Of a stretch of DNA of 64,000 nucleotides, positions 54,843 through 63,242 are shown in pieces. Below the pieces are notes generated by a model. That model saw only the letters and a program-made list of their open reading frames with translations, did not search any database and had not been told where the DNA came from. This DNA comes from Dehalococcoidia bacterium (GTDB lineage Bacteria > Chloroflexota > Dehalococcoidia > Lucifugimonadales > UBA3495): NCBI GenBank assembly GCA_965220505.1, contig CBDCQE010000003.1:890106-954105 (forward strand), read 5' to 3'. The position numbers and the translations under genes are program-made. Position 1 is the first letter of the stretch; each line of letters begins with the position of its first letter.

Positions 54843-54871
54843 AATGTAGCGAACGCCGGCAATCATGTCAA
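54843..54871 (-). promoter_or_regulatory. sigma70-like promoter candidate for the hopanoid array (TTGACA-17 nt-TACATT)
   Basis: The minus strand reads cTTGACAtgattgccggcgttcgcTACATTtt, upstream of both candidate starts of the polyprenyl synthase. Confidence 0.45.
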
Positions 54872-54985
54872 GCAAGGTGATCCGGGCCACGTTTCACGCA
54901 GCAGCCGGGCTCTGCGTGGGCTGCGTATGGCGGATACGGGTCAAGATGGTCCCGGACGATCACGTGCCTCCGCTTTCGGGAGTTT

Positions 54986-55075
54986 GTCAGAAGCAGGATT
55001 TTCAAGATTCGACCGCCCACACGATAACCAATCCGATCCGGTAAATCCTGAAATCCGGCAAATCCTGCTTCTGAC
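54986..55075. repeat. MITE-like inverted-repeat element
   Basis: Perfect 16-nt termini gtcagaagcaggattt / aaatcctgcttctgac. Confidence 0.75.
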
Positions 55076-55116
55076 GATACCGTGCCTCAAAGCAGGCAAG
55101 CGCGAGTATCCCCGGT

Positions 55117-55163
55117 GAGAAAATGCGCGCCCGAAAGACGGCGCTCCCGCTACAGCGGGAGCG
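55117..55163 (-). terminator. terminator candidate downstream of the moaD/thiS-like gene
   Basis: Minus strand: 9-bp hairpin cgctcccgc-tgta-gcgggagcg, then gcgcc-gtctttcg-ggcgc followed by attttctc. Confidence 0.4.
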
Positions 55164-55196
55164 TCAGAGCCACGGAGTCGGCAATACGCCAGGTTC

Positions 55197-55478
55197 TCAG
55201 GTCAATCCGCCGGCTACCGCGGGAACGATGCTGATCTCGTCTCCGGACTTGATAGACGTCCGGAGGCCCTGGTCGAACCGGATATCCTCGCCGTTGACAT
55301 AAATGTTCACGAAGTAGCGCAGTTCGCCTTCTTCGTCCAGCAGCCGTTCTTTGAAGCCGGGATAATCGCTCTCCAGCGTGTCTATCATTTGGGACAGATC
55401 GGCCACGTCCAGCTCGACTTTGTCCGCGCCGCCAGTCATCCGTCGCAGTGGGGTGGGAATGCGTACCGTTACGCCCAT
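55197..55478 (-). CDS. MoaD/ThiS-family sulfur-carrier-like protein ending GG-LT
   Basis: Start at ATG 55478 (AGGAGGA RBS). Beta-grasp-like, 93 aa, C-terminus ...ISIVPAVAGGLT. Confidence 0.7.
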   Translation of the reverse strand: MGVTVRIPTPLRRMTGGADKVELDVADLSQMIDTLESDYPGFKERLLDEEGELRYFVNIYVNGEDIRFDQGLRTSIKSGDEISIVPAVAGGLT

Positions 55479-55572
55479 CGGAATGTCTCCTCCTGCCATG
55501 CTGTCATGCCGTGCCACGCTTTGCGCTACGGCAGATTAGTTTACATATCCGGCTCGTGGTCCGGTTTACCGG

Positions 55573-55824
55573 TCAGCCTTCGATCACATCGCCTGCGATG
55601 GGGTCGACGCGCACGCCGGTGTTTCCCACCCAATCGAGGCCGCGCTGGATTTCGTCATCCGATCCTTCCAGCTCAAGGATGACCCATCCCACATCCCGAC
55701 GGACGTCGGCACGTCGGATGTTGGTGACGATATCAAAGTCACGCCCGAGCCGGTAGATAATGGGCTCGCGCACCATTTCAGCCGAGAACGTGAACCGCAC
55801 CCGCTGCTTGGCCATGGCCGTCAC
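55573..55824 (-). CDS. stand-alone NIL-domain protein
   Basis: 83 aa. FDIVTNIRRADV ... GWVILELEGSDDEI pattern, as in the C-terminal NIL domain of MetN-type ABC ATPases. Confidence 0.6.
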   Translation of the reverse strand: MTAMAKQRVRFTFSAEMVREPIIYRLGRDFDIVTNIRRADVRRDVGWVILELEGSDDEIQRGLDWVGNTGVRVDPIAGDVIEG

Positions 55825-57110
55825 ACCTGCGCCGCCATGCGGTTTTCCAGAGCCGCCTCGAAGGAACCCATCATCGGTTTGACCAACAAGGGGTTCACCA
55901 CTTCTTCGACCGCTTCCTGGGTCTTCAGGCCATTGCCGGTAATGTAGGCCACGGTCAATTCGTCGGGGCCAATCGCACCGGTCTCCGCCAGGTACTTCAG
56001 GGTGGAAACCGTGACGCCGCCAGCGGTCTCGGTGAATATGCCTTCCGTTTCGGCCAAAAGTTTGATGCCGTCAACCACCTGGGATTCCGGCACAGCGTAC
56101 CCGCTGCCGTCAGACTCGCGAATGACGCGCAGGGCGTAGATCCCGTCCGCCGGATTGCCGATAGCCAGAGATTTCGCAATGCTGTCGGGCCGCACGGGGC
56201 GGATCTGGTTCTGCTGATTTTCCCAGGCGGACACGATGGGACAACAGCCCGCCGCCTGCGCCATGTGCATCCGGGTCGTGACTGCCGGGTGATGCACCGT
56301 GTTCTGGTCAGCGCCGAAGGGCATAGGCGATACGCCGTCAAGCAGACCCAGGCAGGCCAGTTCGTTGAATCCTTTCCAGATCTTGGTGAACATCGCCCCG
56401 GAAGCCGATGGGACAACAACGTGGTCCGGCACACGCCAGCCGAGCTGCTCGGCCACTTCGTAACCCAACGTCTTGCTGCCCTCGGCATAATACGGCCGCA
56501 TGTTGATGTTGACGAAGGCCCAGTGGTAGTTGTCGCTTACCTCGCTGCACAGTCGGTTGACTTCGTCGTAGGTGCCTTCGACCGCTACCAGCGTGGGGTT
56601 GTAGACTGCGGCGCCGATGACCTTCCCGCGCTCCAGGTCGGCGGGTATAAAAACCACTGCGTCGACGCCGGCGCGTGCGGCATGCGCGGCTACGCTGCAA
56701 GCCAGGTTTCCGGTGCTGGCGCAGGCCAGCGTCTCGTATCCGAATTCAACCGCCTTCGTCGCGGCAACCGACACCACCCGGTCCTTGAAAGAGAAAGACG
56801 GGTTCACGCTATCGTTCTTGATGTACAGGTTGTTCAGGCCCAGCCGCTTGCCCAGGTTTTTGGCCTTCAGCAGCGGGGTATATCCGGCCATGATGTCCAC
56901 CGGATCGTCTGCCTCCGCCGGCAACAGATCCTGGTAACGCCAGATGCTCAACGGGCCGTTGGTGATGCGCTGGTGCGTGACCACCTCGGAAATGGTCACG
57001 TAGTCATAGATGACCTCGAGCGGGCCGAAGCAGAAGTCGCAAACGTTCAGGGGTTCGCCCGGGTATTCCCGGCCGCATTCCCGGCACTTTAATCCTTTGA
57101 CAAACGCCAC
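55821..57110 (-). CDS. thrC: threonine synthase-family PLP enzyme with an N-terminal zinc ribbon
   Basis: GTG start with a GGAGG RBS. CRECG ... CDFCFGPLE zinc ribbon. PLP-Lys motif PSFSFKDR. Confidence 0.8.
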   Translation of the reverse strand: MAFVKGLKCRECGREYPGEPLNVCDFCFGPLEVIYDYVTISEVVTHQRITNGPLSIWRYQDLLPAEADDPVDIMAGYTPLLKAKNLGKRLGLNNLYIKNDSVNPSFSFKDRVVSVAATKAVEFGYETLACASTGNLACSVAAHAARAGVDAVVFIPADLERGKVIGAAVYNPTLVAVEGTYDEVNRLCSEVSDNYHWAFVNINMRPYYAEGSKTLGYEVAEQLGWRVPDHVVVPSASGAMFTKIWKGFNELACLGLLDGVSPMPFGADQNTVHHPAVTTRMHMAQAAGCCPIVSAWENQQNQIRPVRPDSIAKSLAIGNPADGIYALRVIRESDGSGYAVPESQVVDGIKLLAETEGIFTETAGGVTVSTLKYLAETGAIGPDELTVAYITGNGLKTQEAVEEVVNPLLVKPMMGSFEAALENRMAAQV

Positions 57111-57200
57111 CGGATGTTACCTCCGTGGTTCTTGATGTGCCCGTGCGTCAGTTTGCAACCCAAGCGTCTGCGTGGATCAAAACACGTACACCGGCCACAT

Positions 57201-57229
57201 ATTGTGCCAGAGGATGCCCGTACTATCAA
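57201..57229 (-). promoter_or_regulatory. sigma70-like promoter candidate (TTGATA-17 nt-CACAAT) upstream of thrC
   Basis: Minus strand: gTTGATAgtacgggcatcctctggCACAATatg. Lies between the tRNA-Thr gene and thrC. Confidence 0.4.
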
Positions 57230-57267
57230 CCGGGCCAGCATCGCGCGCCGGTTGGGCCAGGGAAAAG

Positions 57268-57343
57268 TGGAGCCGATGAAGGGACTCGAACCCTTGACCT
57301 GCGGTTTACGAAACCGCTGCTCTTCCGGCTGAGCTACATCGGC
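57268..57343 (-). tRNA. tRNA-Thr (anticodon CGU), CCA encoded
   Basis: 76 nt GCCGATGTAGCTCAGCCGGAAGAGCAGCGGTTTCGTAAACCGCAGGTCAAGGGTTCGAGTCCCTTCATCGGCTCCA folds by hand into a cloverleaf: 7-bp acceptor stem, GCTC/GAGC D stem, GCGGT/ACCGC anticodon stem with loop TTCGTAA, and AAGGG/CCCTT T stem. Confidence 0.95.
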
Positions 57344-57582
57344 GTGCAACCTATTGTACCCGCAACCCAACCCCTTTCCAACCGTGGCCGCTTCATCGTT
57401 GCCGCCGGCTCGGTGTGACTAACCGGTTGCACGGCTCAGGAACGTTTCGGGGAGCGTTGCCGTCTACGCGGTCCGGACGACGCGCGTCATCGAAACCTCC
57501 CGGTTGACGTTGAGTATCACCCGCGCATAGCATTCGGCCACCGCGGGGGCAGTGACCGCCTCCCAAGCAGGAGTAGACCAGC

Positions 57583-58359
57583 ATGCGCGAAAACACTATG
57601 AAAAAGAAACTGCGGGCCGGCCAGCCGGTATTCGGCTCAATGATTACCTTCCCTTCCCCGGTGGTGGTTGAGATGCTCGGACATCTCGGCTACGACTGGG
57701 TGCTTATCGACAACGAGCACGGCAGCATAACCGTCGACTTGGCCGAGGACATGATCCGTGCCGCCGAATACTCGGGCACGGCTCCGATAGTCAGGCCGGT
57801 CGGCAACCGGCCGGAAATCATCTCTCCCTTCCTGGACCGGGGCGCGTGGGGAGTCCAGGTACCCCACGTGAACACCGCTGAAGAGGCCCGGGCCGCCGTG
57901 GCCGCCGTCAAGTATTATCCGGAAGGAGACCGCGGCCTGTTCAGCGGGGGACGACCCGCCGAGTACGGTTTCAGCGGCGCCACGCCGGACTACGTAGCGG
58001 ATGCGAACCGAAACACGCTGGTGTGCCTCATGCTGGAAGAGGTCGAGGCCATCGAGAACATTCCGGAACTGGTGAACGTGCCTGGGGTGGATGTGTATTT
58101 CATCGGAGCGGGTGACCTGTCCCAGAGCATGGGCTATCCGGGCCAGCAGACTCATCCGGAAGTCCAGGCTCTGGTGGAGAAGGGCGTACAGCAAATCGCA
58201 GCGTCCGGTATCACCGCCGGGTGCAGTTGCCCGGACGCCCTGGTTCCACACTATCTCGAATTGGGTGTGCGATACTTCCACAACACGGTCGGCCGGCTGT
58301 TGCAGTCGGCCAGCGCGGAGTATCTGAACAACATGCGGGCGGCGGCGAACGGCCTGTAG
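57583..58359 (+). CDS. HpcH/HpaI family 2-keto-3-deoxy-acid aldolase
   Basis: Motifs GYDWVLIDNEHG, RPVGN and VQVPHV. The start could be ATG 57598. Confidence 0.8.
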   Translation: MRENTMKKKLRAGQPVFGSMITFPSPVVVEMLGHLGYDWVLIDNEHGSITVDLAEDMIRAAEYSGTAPIVRPVGNRPEIISPFLDRGAWGVQVPHVNTAEEARAAVAAVKYYPEGDRGLFSGGRPAEYGFSGATPDYVADANRNTLVCLMLEEVEAIENIPELVNVPGVDVYFIGAGDLSQSMGYPGQQTHPEVQALVEKGVQQIAASGITAGCSCPDALVPHYLELGVRYFHNTVGRLLQSASAEYLNNMRAAANGL

Positions 58360-58404
58360 CCCGAAACCGAGCAACATTTCTCGCTGCCCAGAAAGGAGCA
58401 AGCC

Positions 58405-58986
58405 ATGACTACCCCCGTTGACCCCAACCAGGTTTGTCTGACCGGCGAAAACTCGTTCATCCGGCTGTCGCAAGAGGCCGGCGGCGAGCAGACTACCCGC
58501 ACCAGCCACTGGCGTATCCTCTGGTCGCCCGGTGGCGCGGGACACGTCCTGTTTCTCAAGAGCGCGGATTTGGAGCGCGATCCGGTGCGCGTCTATTCCG
58601 ACAACATCGCCATGACGCGCTACCTCCAGGACGAAATCGAAAGCATGCTGTTCCCGGAGTTCGCTGACCCCAACCTGCCGGTGATCCCGGCGGAGTTCAG
58701 CAGGTCCGGCGGCATCGAGAGCGCCTACAACGAGATCGTCGTCGCATCCACCGAGACGGTTGTGCTTAGTTGGCACGACTTCCTGACGCCCTTCGTGCTC
58801 AACAACCCCGCCGGCCCGGAGTCTGGCCGCACGCACGGGGTGTACAGTTGCTTCTTCCCGGCGCGAAGCGCCCAAATCACCGTGGGCGACCGGGCCCTGA
58901 GCGGGGTGGTGTCGTTGGAAGCGCGCGGCTCGGCCCAGAGCAGCACGGCGTGTTGCGCCTGGTCGGAGACCTGGGTAAAGCCGTGA
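58405..58986 (+). CDS. hypothetical protein
   Basis: 193 aa, AGGAGC RBS. I recognise no motif. Confidence 0.5.
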   Translation: MTTPVDPNQVCLTGENSFIRLSQEAGGEQTTRTSHWRILWSPGGAGHVLFLKSADLERDPVRVYSDNIAMTRYLQDEIESMLFPEFADPNLPVIPAEFSRSGGIESAYNEIVVASTETVVLSWHDFLTPFVLNNPAGPESGRTHGVYSCFFPARSAQITVGDRALSGVVSLEARGSAQSSTACCAWSETWVKP

Positions 58987-59001
58987 TGCGCTGACCCGAC
59001 C

Positions 59002-60582
59002 TCACGGCAACGGGCAGATCGCGCCGTCGACGTACAGGATTTGCAGGGCCTGCAGCGCGACCTGTTCGACCTGCTGTGTCGCGGCGGGTTCGAGCCCCTG
59101 GCACAGGTTTGCAATCGACTGTGCGACGGTGGTGTTTCCGTCCAGCCCGTGCAGCAATCGGGCTACCAGCCCGCTGCACGGGAGCCCTTCCGGATGTCCG
59201 TCGGTTACCAACCCGTAACCCCACACGAAATCGCCGTCCGCCAACACCGGTTGCCGCTGCAGGACGACCCCGTCCGCCAGACGCGGCTGGTCTTCCGGCC
59301 GCAGGGGATGTTCACTCCGGCGCCGTCGTTCGGCCTCGACGTCGGTTACGCTTCGGCCGAAGGCGGCCGGAGCCAACCCGTGGGACAGCACGGCCCGCTC
59401 GTATCCGCGAGGCGGTTGACCGGCCACCGCCTGGATGAACGACTGGCGCGGGGTTAGCGACGGGTCGTCGTCGAGCAGCCGGCGCGCCTCCCAGAAGTAC
59501 GAGTCCGCCGTCCGATTGCTGGAGTAGAACAATCTGGCTAACTCTCGAAAGTGACCGTACTCCTTGTAGTACAACTGCTGGTACACCTGTCCGACCGGAC
59601 CGGCCATGTCGGGATCGGACAAGACTGAGGCCACTGCAGCGGCGGCCAGGGTGGCCGAGGTCAACGCAAGGTGCACCCCGGACGAGAACAGGGGATCGAT
59701 GAAGCAGCCGGCGTCACCAACCAGGATGTAGCCCGGTCCATAGAGAGATCGGCAACGGTACGACCAGTCCCGGACGATTTCCGGTCCCGACACCAGACGG
59801 GCGTTCTCAAGCATCTTCGCGGTTTGCGGAGCGGCGGCAACCTGAGCATCCAGGAACCCGCGCGCGCCAAGACGCCGGATGCCTTCCTGGCCTGTTTCGG
59901 AGTCCACCACCGCGCCCACGCTGGACCATCCGTTACGCAGCGGGATGTTCCACATCCAGCCGTTGGATTGAGATTCAATCAGGATATTGCCTTGGTCCGG
60001 TGCCTGGAGCCGGTCAGCGCCCTGGTAGTATGCGTAAACCGCAAGGTTGCGGAAGAATTCGTCCCACTGCCGCAGGCCCAGCTGGCGCGAAAGTAAGCCA
60101 CCCTGGCCGCTGGCGTCGATTACGTACCGAGCCGGCAGGGTTTCATCGCCACAGCGCACCGCGACCGCAGTCTGCGCGTCGTCGAGCACGACCTCAGTGG
60201 CGGCGCATCCTTCCAGTACGTGCACGCCGGAGCGTCGTGCGTTGTCGAGGAGGATGGCATCGAACTCGGGCCGCCAAACCTGGTACGAATGGGGGTTGGA
60301 AGCATTAGTCTCGCTGAAGTACCAGCTCCACGGCTGCCGGTCCACGCCCCAAATCATGGTGGCGCCGCGCTTCAGCACGAACCCGGCTTGTTGCACCCGT
60401 TCCAACACGCCAAGATCTTCCAGAATCGGGATGCTGGCCGGGAGAAGCGATTCGCCCACGTGATCCCGTGGGAAGCGTTCCCTTTCCAGCAGGGTGACCG
60501 GGTAACCGCGACGGGCCAGGAGGGTGCTGACGCACGAGCCGGCCGGGCCGCCGCCGATGACAACGATGGGTGGGTTTGGCAC
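59002..60582 (-). CDS. flavin-dependent halogenase family protein
   Basis: GGGPAGS FAD motif, GWMWNIP (WxWxIP), conserved Lys in FVLKRGATMIWG, and FIDPLFSSGVHLA. About 100 aa of C-terminal extension. Confidence 0.75.
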   Translation of the reverse strand: MPNPPIVVIGGGPAGSCVSTLLARRGYPVTLLERERFPRDHVGESLLPASIPILEDLGVLERVQQAGFVLKRGATMIWGVDRQPWSWYFSETNASNPHSYQVWRPEFDAILLDNARRSGVHVLEGCAATEVVLDDAQTAVAVRCGDETLPARYVIDASGQGGLLSRQLGLRQWDEFFRNLAVYAYYQGADRLQAPDQGNILIESQSNGWMWNIPLRNGWSSVGAVVDSETGQEGIRRLGARGFLDAQVAAAPQTAKMLENARLVSGPEIVRDWSYRCRSLYGPGYILVGDAGCFIDPLFSSGVHLALTSATLAAAAVASVLSDPDMAGPVGQVYQQLYYKEYGHFRELARLFYSSNRTADSYFWEARRLLDDDPSLTPRQSFIQAVAGQPPRGYERAVLSHGLAPAAFGRSVTDVEAERRRRSEHPLRPEDQPRLADGVVLQRQPVLADGDFVWGYGLVTDGHPEGLPCSGLVARLLHGLDGNTTVAQSIANLCQGLEPAATQQVEQVALQALQILYVDGAICPLP

Positions 60583-60594
60583 GGGTGATATTAG

Positions 60595-61026
60595 CTAGAC
60601 TAACTGGGCGAGATGAGCAAATGGATTTATCACCCGGAGACCGTCGTAGTCCTGCGTGTCGCTCATGTCCTCGGAGTACACGGCATCGCAGCCGAGCAGG
60701 CGGGCAGCGGCGAGGATGGCGCAGTCCCAATAATTCAGACCGATGCGCTCGCGTAGGGAGAGAGCATCCAGCACCAGGTCAAGGGTCACATCTTGTACCG
60801 GAAAGCGTAGCAGGCGCAAGTTTATGAAACCGAGAGCTTCTTCATGGCTCATTTGCCATGGGCCGCGGTCACGGGTAGCCTGGGTATAGAATTCCTGTAG
60901 GACCTGCGCCGACAGGGTAAGGTCTGTGCCGCCCAGCAGGTCAAGTGCCACTGCTCGCTTATCCGTTTCTCCCGGTAGTGGGCTAACCGCATAAAGCGGG
61001 ATGTTGGTATCAACGAAGCGCATCAC
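60595..61026 (-). CDS. vapC: PIN-domain toxin
   Basis: MMRFVDTNI plus conserved acidic residues. 143 aa. Confidence 0.8.
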   Translation of the reverse strand: MMRFVDTNIPLYAVSPLPGETDKRAVALDLLGGTDLTLSAQVLQEFYTQATRDRGPWQMSHEEALGFINLRLLRFPVQDVTLDLVLDALSLRERIGLNYWDCAILAAARLLGCDAVYSEDMSDTQDYDGLRVINPFAHLAQLV

Positions 61027-61285
61027 GGTCGTGCAGTTCGTCGCGCGTCAGCTTTTTTGCGGTCCGCAGTTCGTCGCCTCTGGCCTTGGCGCGGGCATCG
61101 ATGCGGGCTTGTGTATCAGCCCACGTCTCGCGCCAGTTTTCCGCTTCGGCCTCGGAGATAGGCTTGGGCAGCAAATTGGCCAAGCGCGCGCCGACCCACT
61201 CCTCCACTGAGGCTCCGACGGCCTCGGCGTTGCGCTGGTAGTAGCGATAGGTCTCGTCGTCCACGGATATGGCGATGGTTTTCAT
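61010..61285 (-). CDS. antitoxin (VapB-like)
   Basis: 91 aa, overlaps vapC by 17 nt. N-terminal beta-strand MKTIAISVDDETY. Confidence 0.65.
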   Translation of the reverse strand: MKTIAISVDDETYRYYQRNAEAVGASVEEWVGARLANLLPKPISEAEAENWRETWADTQARIDARAKARGDELRTAKKLTRDELHDRDALR

Positions 61286-61327
61286 AGCGCAGCCCGCCTG
61301 TACAGCATAGCATGGCCGATCCGAGGG

Positions 61328-62971
61328 CTAGCGATAATACTGCGAGAACACCGGCTCTTCGCGGGTGATGATTTCCAGCACGCAGGGCTGCCCGGTAGAC
61401 GAGATTTCCTTGGCCCTCTCGATGGCGGGACCGACTTCGTCCGGGTCCGTTACGTACTCGGAATACGCGCCCAGGGCTTCGGCCATGCGGGCGTACTCGC
61501 CGGTGACGTACTTGGTGCCGTACCGTTCCGTCGCAACCGGAATGTTCTTCTCGTAGCCGCCCATGGCCCCGTTGTTCACGATAACCGTGATGATGCCGAG
61601 CTTTTCCCGGGCCGCCGTCTCGAAGTCCGTTCCGGCCATGCCGACCGCGACGTCACCCATCAGGTTGACGCAGGTCTTCTCCGGGAAGGCCACTTTCGCG
61701 CCCATGGCGTAACCCAGGCCGCTGCCCAACTGGGTCGAGTTGCCCCAACCGATGTATCCCCGAGGAGTGGTGGCCGCGTAGAAGGGCACGATCTGGTCCC
61801 GCGGGTTACCCGAGTCATGGGTGACGATGCTGTTGGCCTTGTCCAGCCGCGCATTCAACTCGTAGACCACGCGGTACGGGCTGATGGGAACGTCATTACT
61901 GGAAAGCCGGGGCATCCATTCGGCCAGCCACGCCTGTCGCACCTGCCGGATCTCGGCGGCTACCGATTCGTCGCCACGTCGGCCGGTTTCGCCCAGTCGA
62001 TCTTTGACTTCCTCGATCAGTTGCCCGAGCACCAGTTTCGCGTCGCCAACGATGATTTCGTCCAGCGGGTACTCCCCGTTCAGGTCCTTTTCGTCGATGG
62101 TGGACTGGATGACGGTCTTACCGGCCGGAACCGGCGCTGACGCCAGGGTTTTCTGGAAGCTCGTCCCGATGCCGAAAACCACGTCACTCTGCGCCAGAAA
62201 CTCGCCGACCATTCTGGTGCCGGTGTTGCCGCCGGCGCCCAGGGCCAGGGGATGGTTCTCCGGGAAACCGCTCTTGCCCAGCGTGGTGGTCATAGTCGGC
62301 GCGTTCAGCAACTCGGCCAGTTCCACCAACTCCGGGGTGGCCTCGGCGTAGAGCACGCCCTGACCCGCGTAGATCACAGGCCGGCGGGCGTTCACCAGCA
62401 ACTCGGCGACACGGGAAAGGTCGCGCGGGTCTCCGGCTGACCGGTGCTTTTGCTGCGGAAGATAATGGAACTGTTCCTCCGAAATCTCACCGGCCAGAAC
62501 GTCGTTTGGCATCTCCACCAACACCGGGTAGGGCCGACCGGTGCGCAGTTGGGTGTACGCCCGACGCATCATCTCGGGTATGCGTTCCGTGTGGTTGGCG
62601 GAGTCGGCCCACTTGGTGACGCCTTCATAGTTCCGGGCGGCGTCAAAGTCGGACGACATCCCGTGTCGTCGCGTTCCCGGATGATTGGGCACCATCAGCA
62701 GGGGCGAGGAGTCGGCGTACGCCTGCGCGACCCCAGAAAAGGCGTTTTCGATGCCGGGACCACCCTGGACGAGGACCACGCCGTTCTTGTTGCCGTTGTT
62801 GACCCGGCTGTAGGCGTCGGCCATGTTGACCGCGGTACGCTCCATACGGGAGATGATCGGTCGTATGCCGGCCGCCGCGCAGGCGTCGATCAGGATGTTG
62901 TTGGGAAAGCAGAAAACGACGTCCACGCCCTCCCGGGCCAGGATGTTGGCGAACGCGGTCTTTCCGTCCAT
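61328..62971 (-). CDS. thiamine-diphosphate-dependent enzyme (acetolactate synthase large-subunit-like)
   Basis: ThDP-binding GDVAVGMAG ... VNNGAMGG motif. N-terminal Pyr domain. 547 aa. Confidence 0.8.
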   Translation of the reverse strand: MDGKTAFANILAREGVDVVFCFPNNILIDACAAAGIRPIISRMERTAVNMADAYSRVNNGNKNGVVLVQGGPGIENAFSGVAQAYADSSPLLMVPNHPGTRRHGMSSDFDAARNYEGVTKWADSANHTERIPEMMRRAYTQLRTGRPYPVLVEMPNDVLAGEISEEQFHYLPQQKHRSAGDPRDLSRVAELLVNARRPVIYAGQGVLYAEATPELVELAELLNAPTMTTTLGKSGFPENHPLALGAGGNTGTRMVGEFLAQSDVVFGIGTSFQKTLASAPVPAGKTVIQSTIDEKDLNGEYPLDEIIVGDAKLVLGQLIEEVKDRLGETGRRGDESVAAEIRQVRQAWLAEWMPRLSSNDVPISPYRVVYELNARLDKANSIVTHDSGNPRDQIVPFYAATTPRGYIGWGNSTQLGSGLGYAMGAKVAFPEKTCVNLMGDVAVGMAGTDFETAAREKLGIITVIVNNGAMGGYEKNIPVATERYGTKYVTGEYARMAEALGAYSEYVTDPDEVGPAIERAKEISSTGQPCVLEIITREEPVFSQYYR

Positions 62972-63125
62972 GCAGTTGTCCTCCGTTGGATGTCGATAAC
63001 TTGGCCATTATACCTGCCATCCGATGGTCGTTGGCAGACGAGGGGGCGTGGTCGGTTCACCTCGGTCAACCCCGCAGCAGCAACGTGTGTCCCGAAGGAC
63101 TCCCTTATGCCAACGGGATTGCCGC

Positions 63126-63148
63126 CCCCGCATCAAGTGCGGGGCGAC
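63126..63148. repeat. GC hairpin repeat ccccgcatcaagtgcggggcgac
   Basis: Same element as 10397-10419 (ccccgtatcaagtacggggtgac), with compensatory stem changes. Confidence 0.6.
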
Positions 63149-63242
63149 GTTGCTGAGCTCGCAATGGCACTGTCCCCGCAACTCTGAACAGTTACGGGGA
63201 TTCGCGTTATGATAAAGCCCAAAGTTCTCAGGAGGAGTTGAA

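Noticed and set aside
57111-57200. T-box or amino-acid riboswitch in the thrC leader
   Set aside because: I could not find a specifier loop, T-box sequence, terminator/antiterminator pair or any riboswitch core I recognise. I left it as an unexplained leader.
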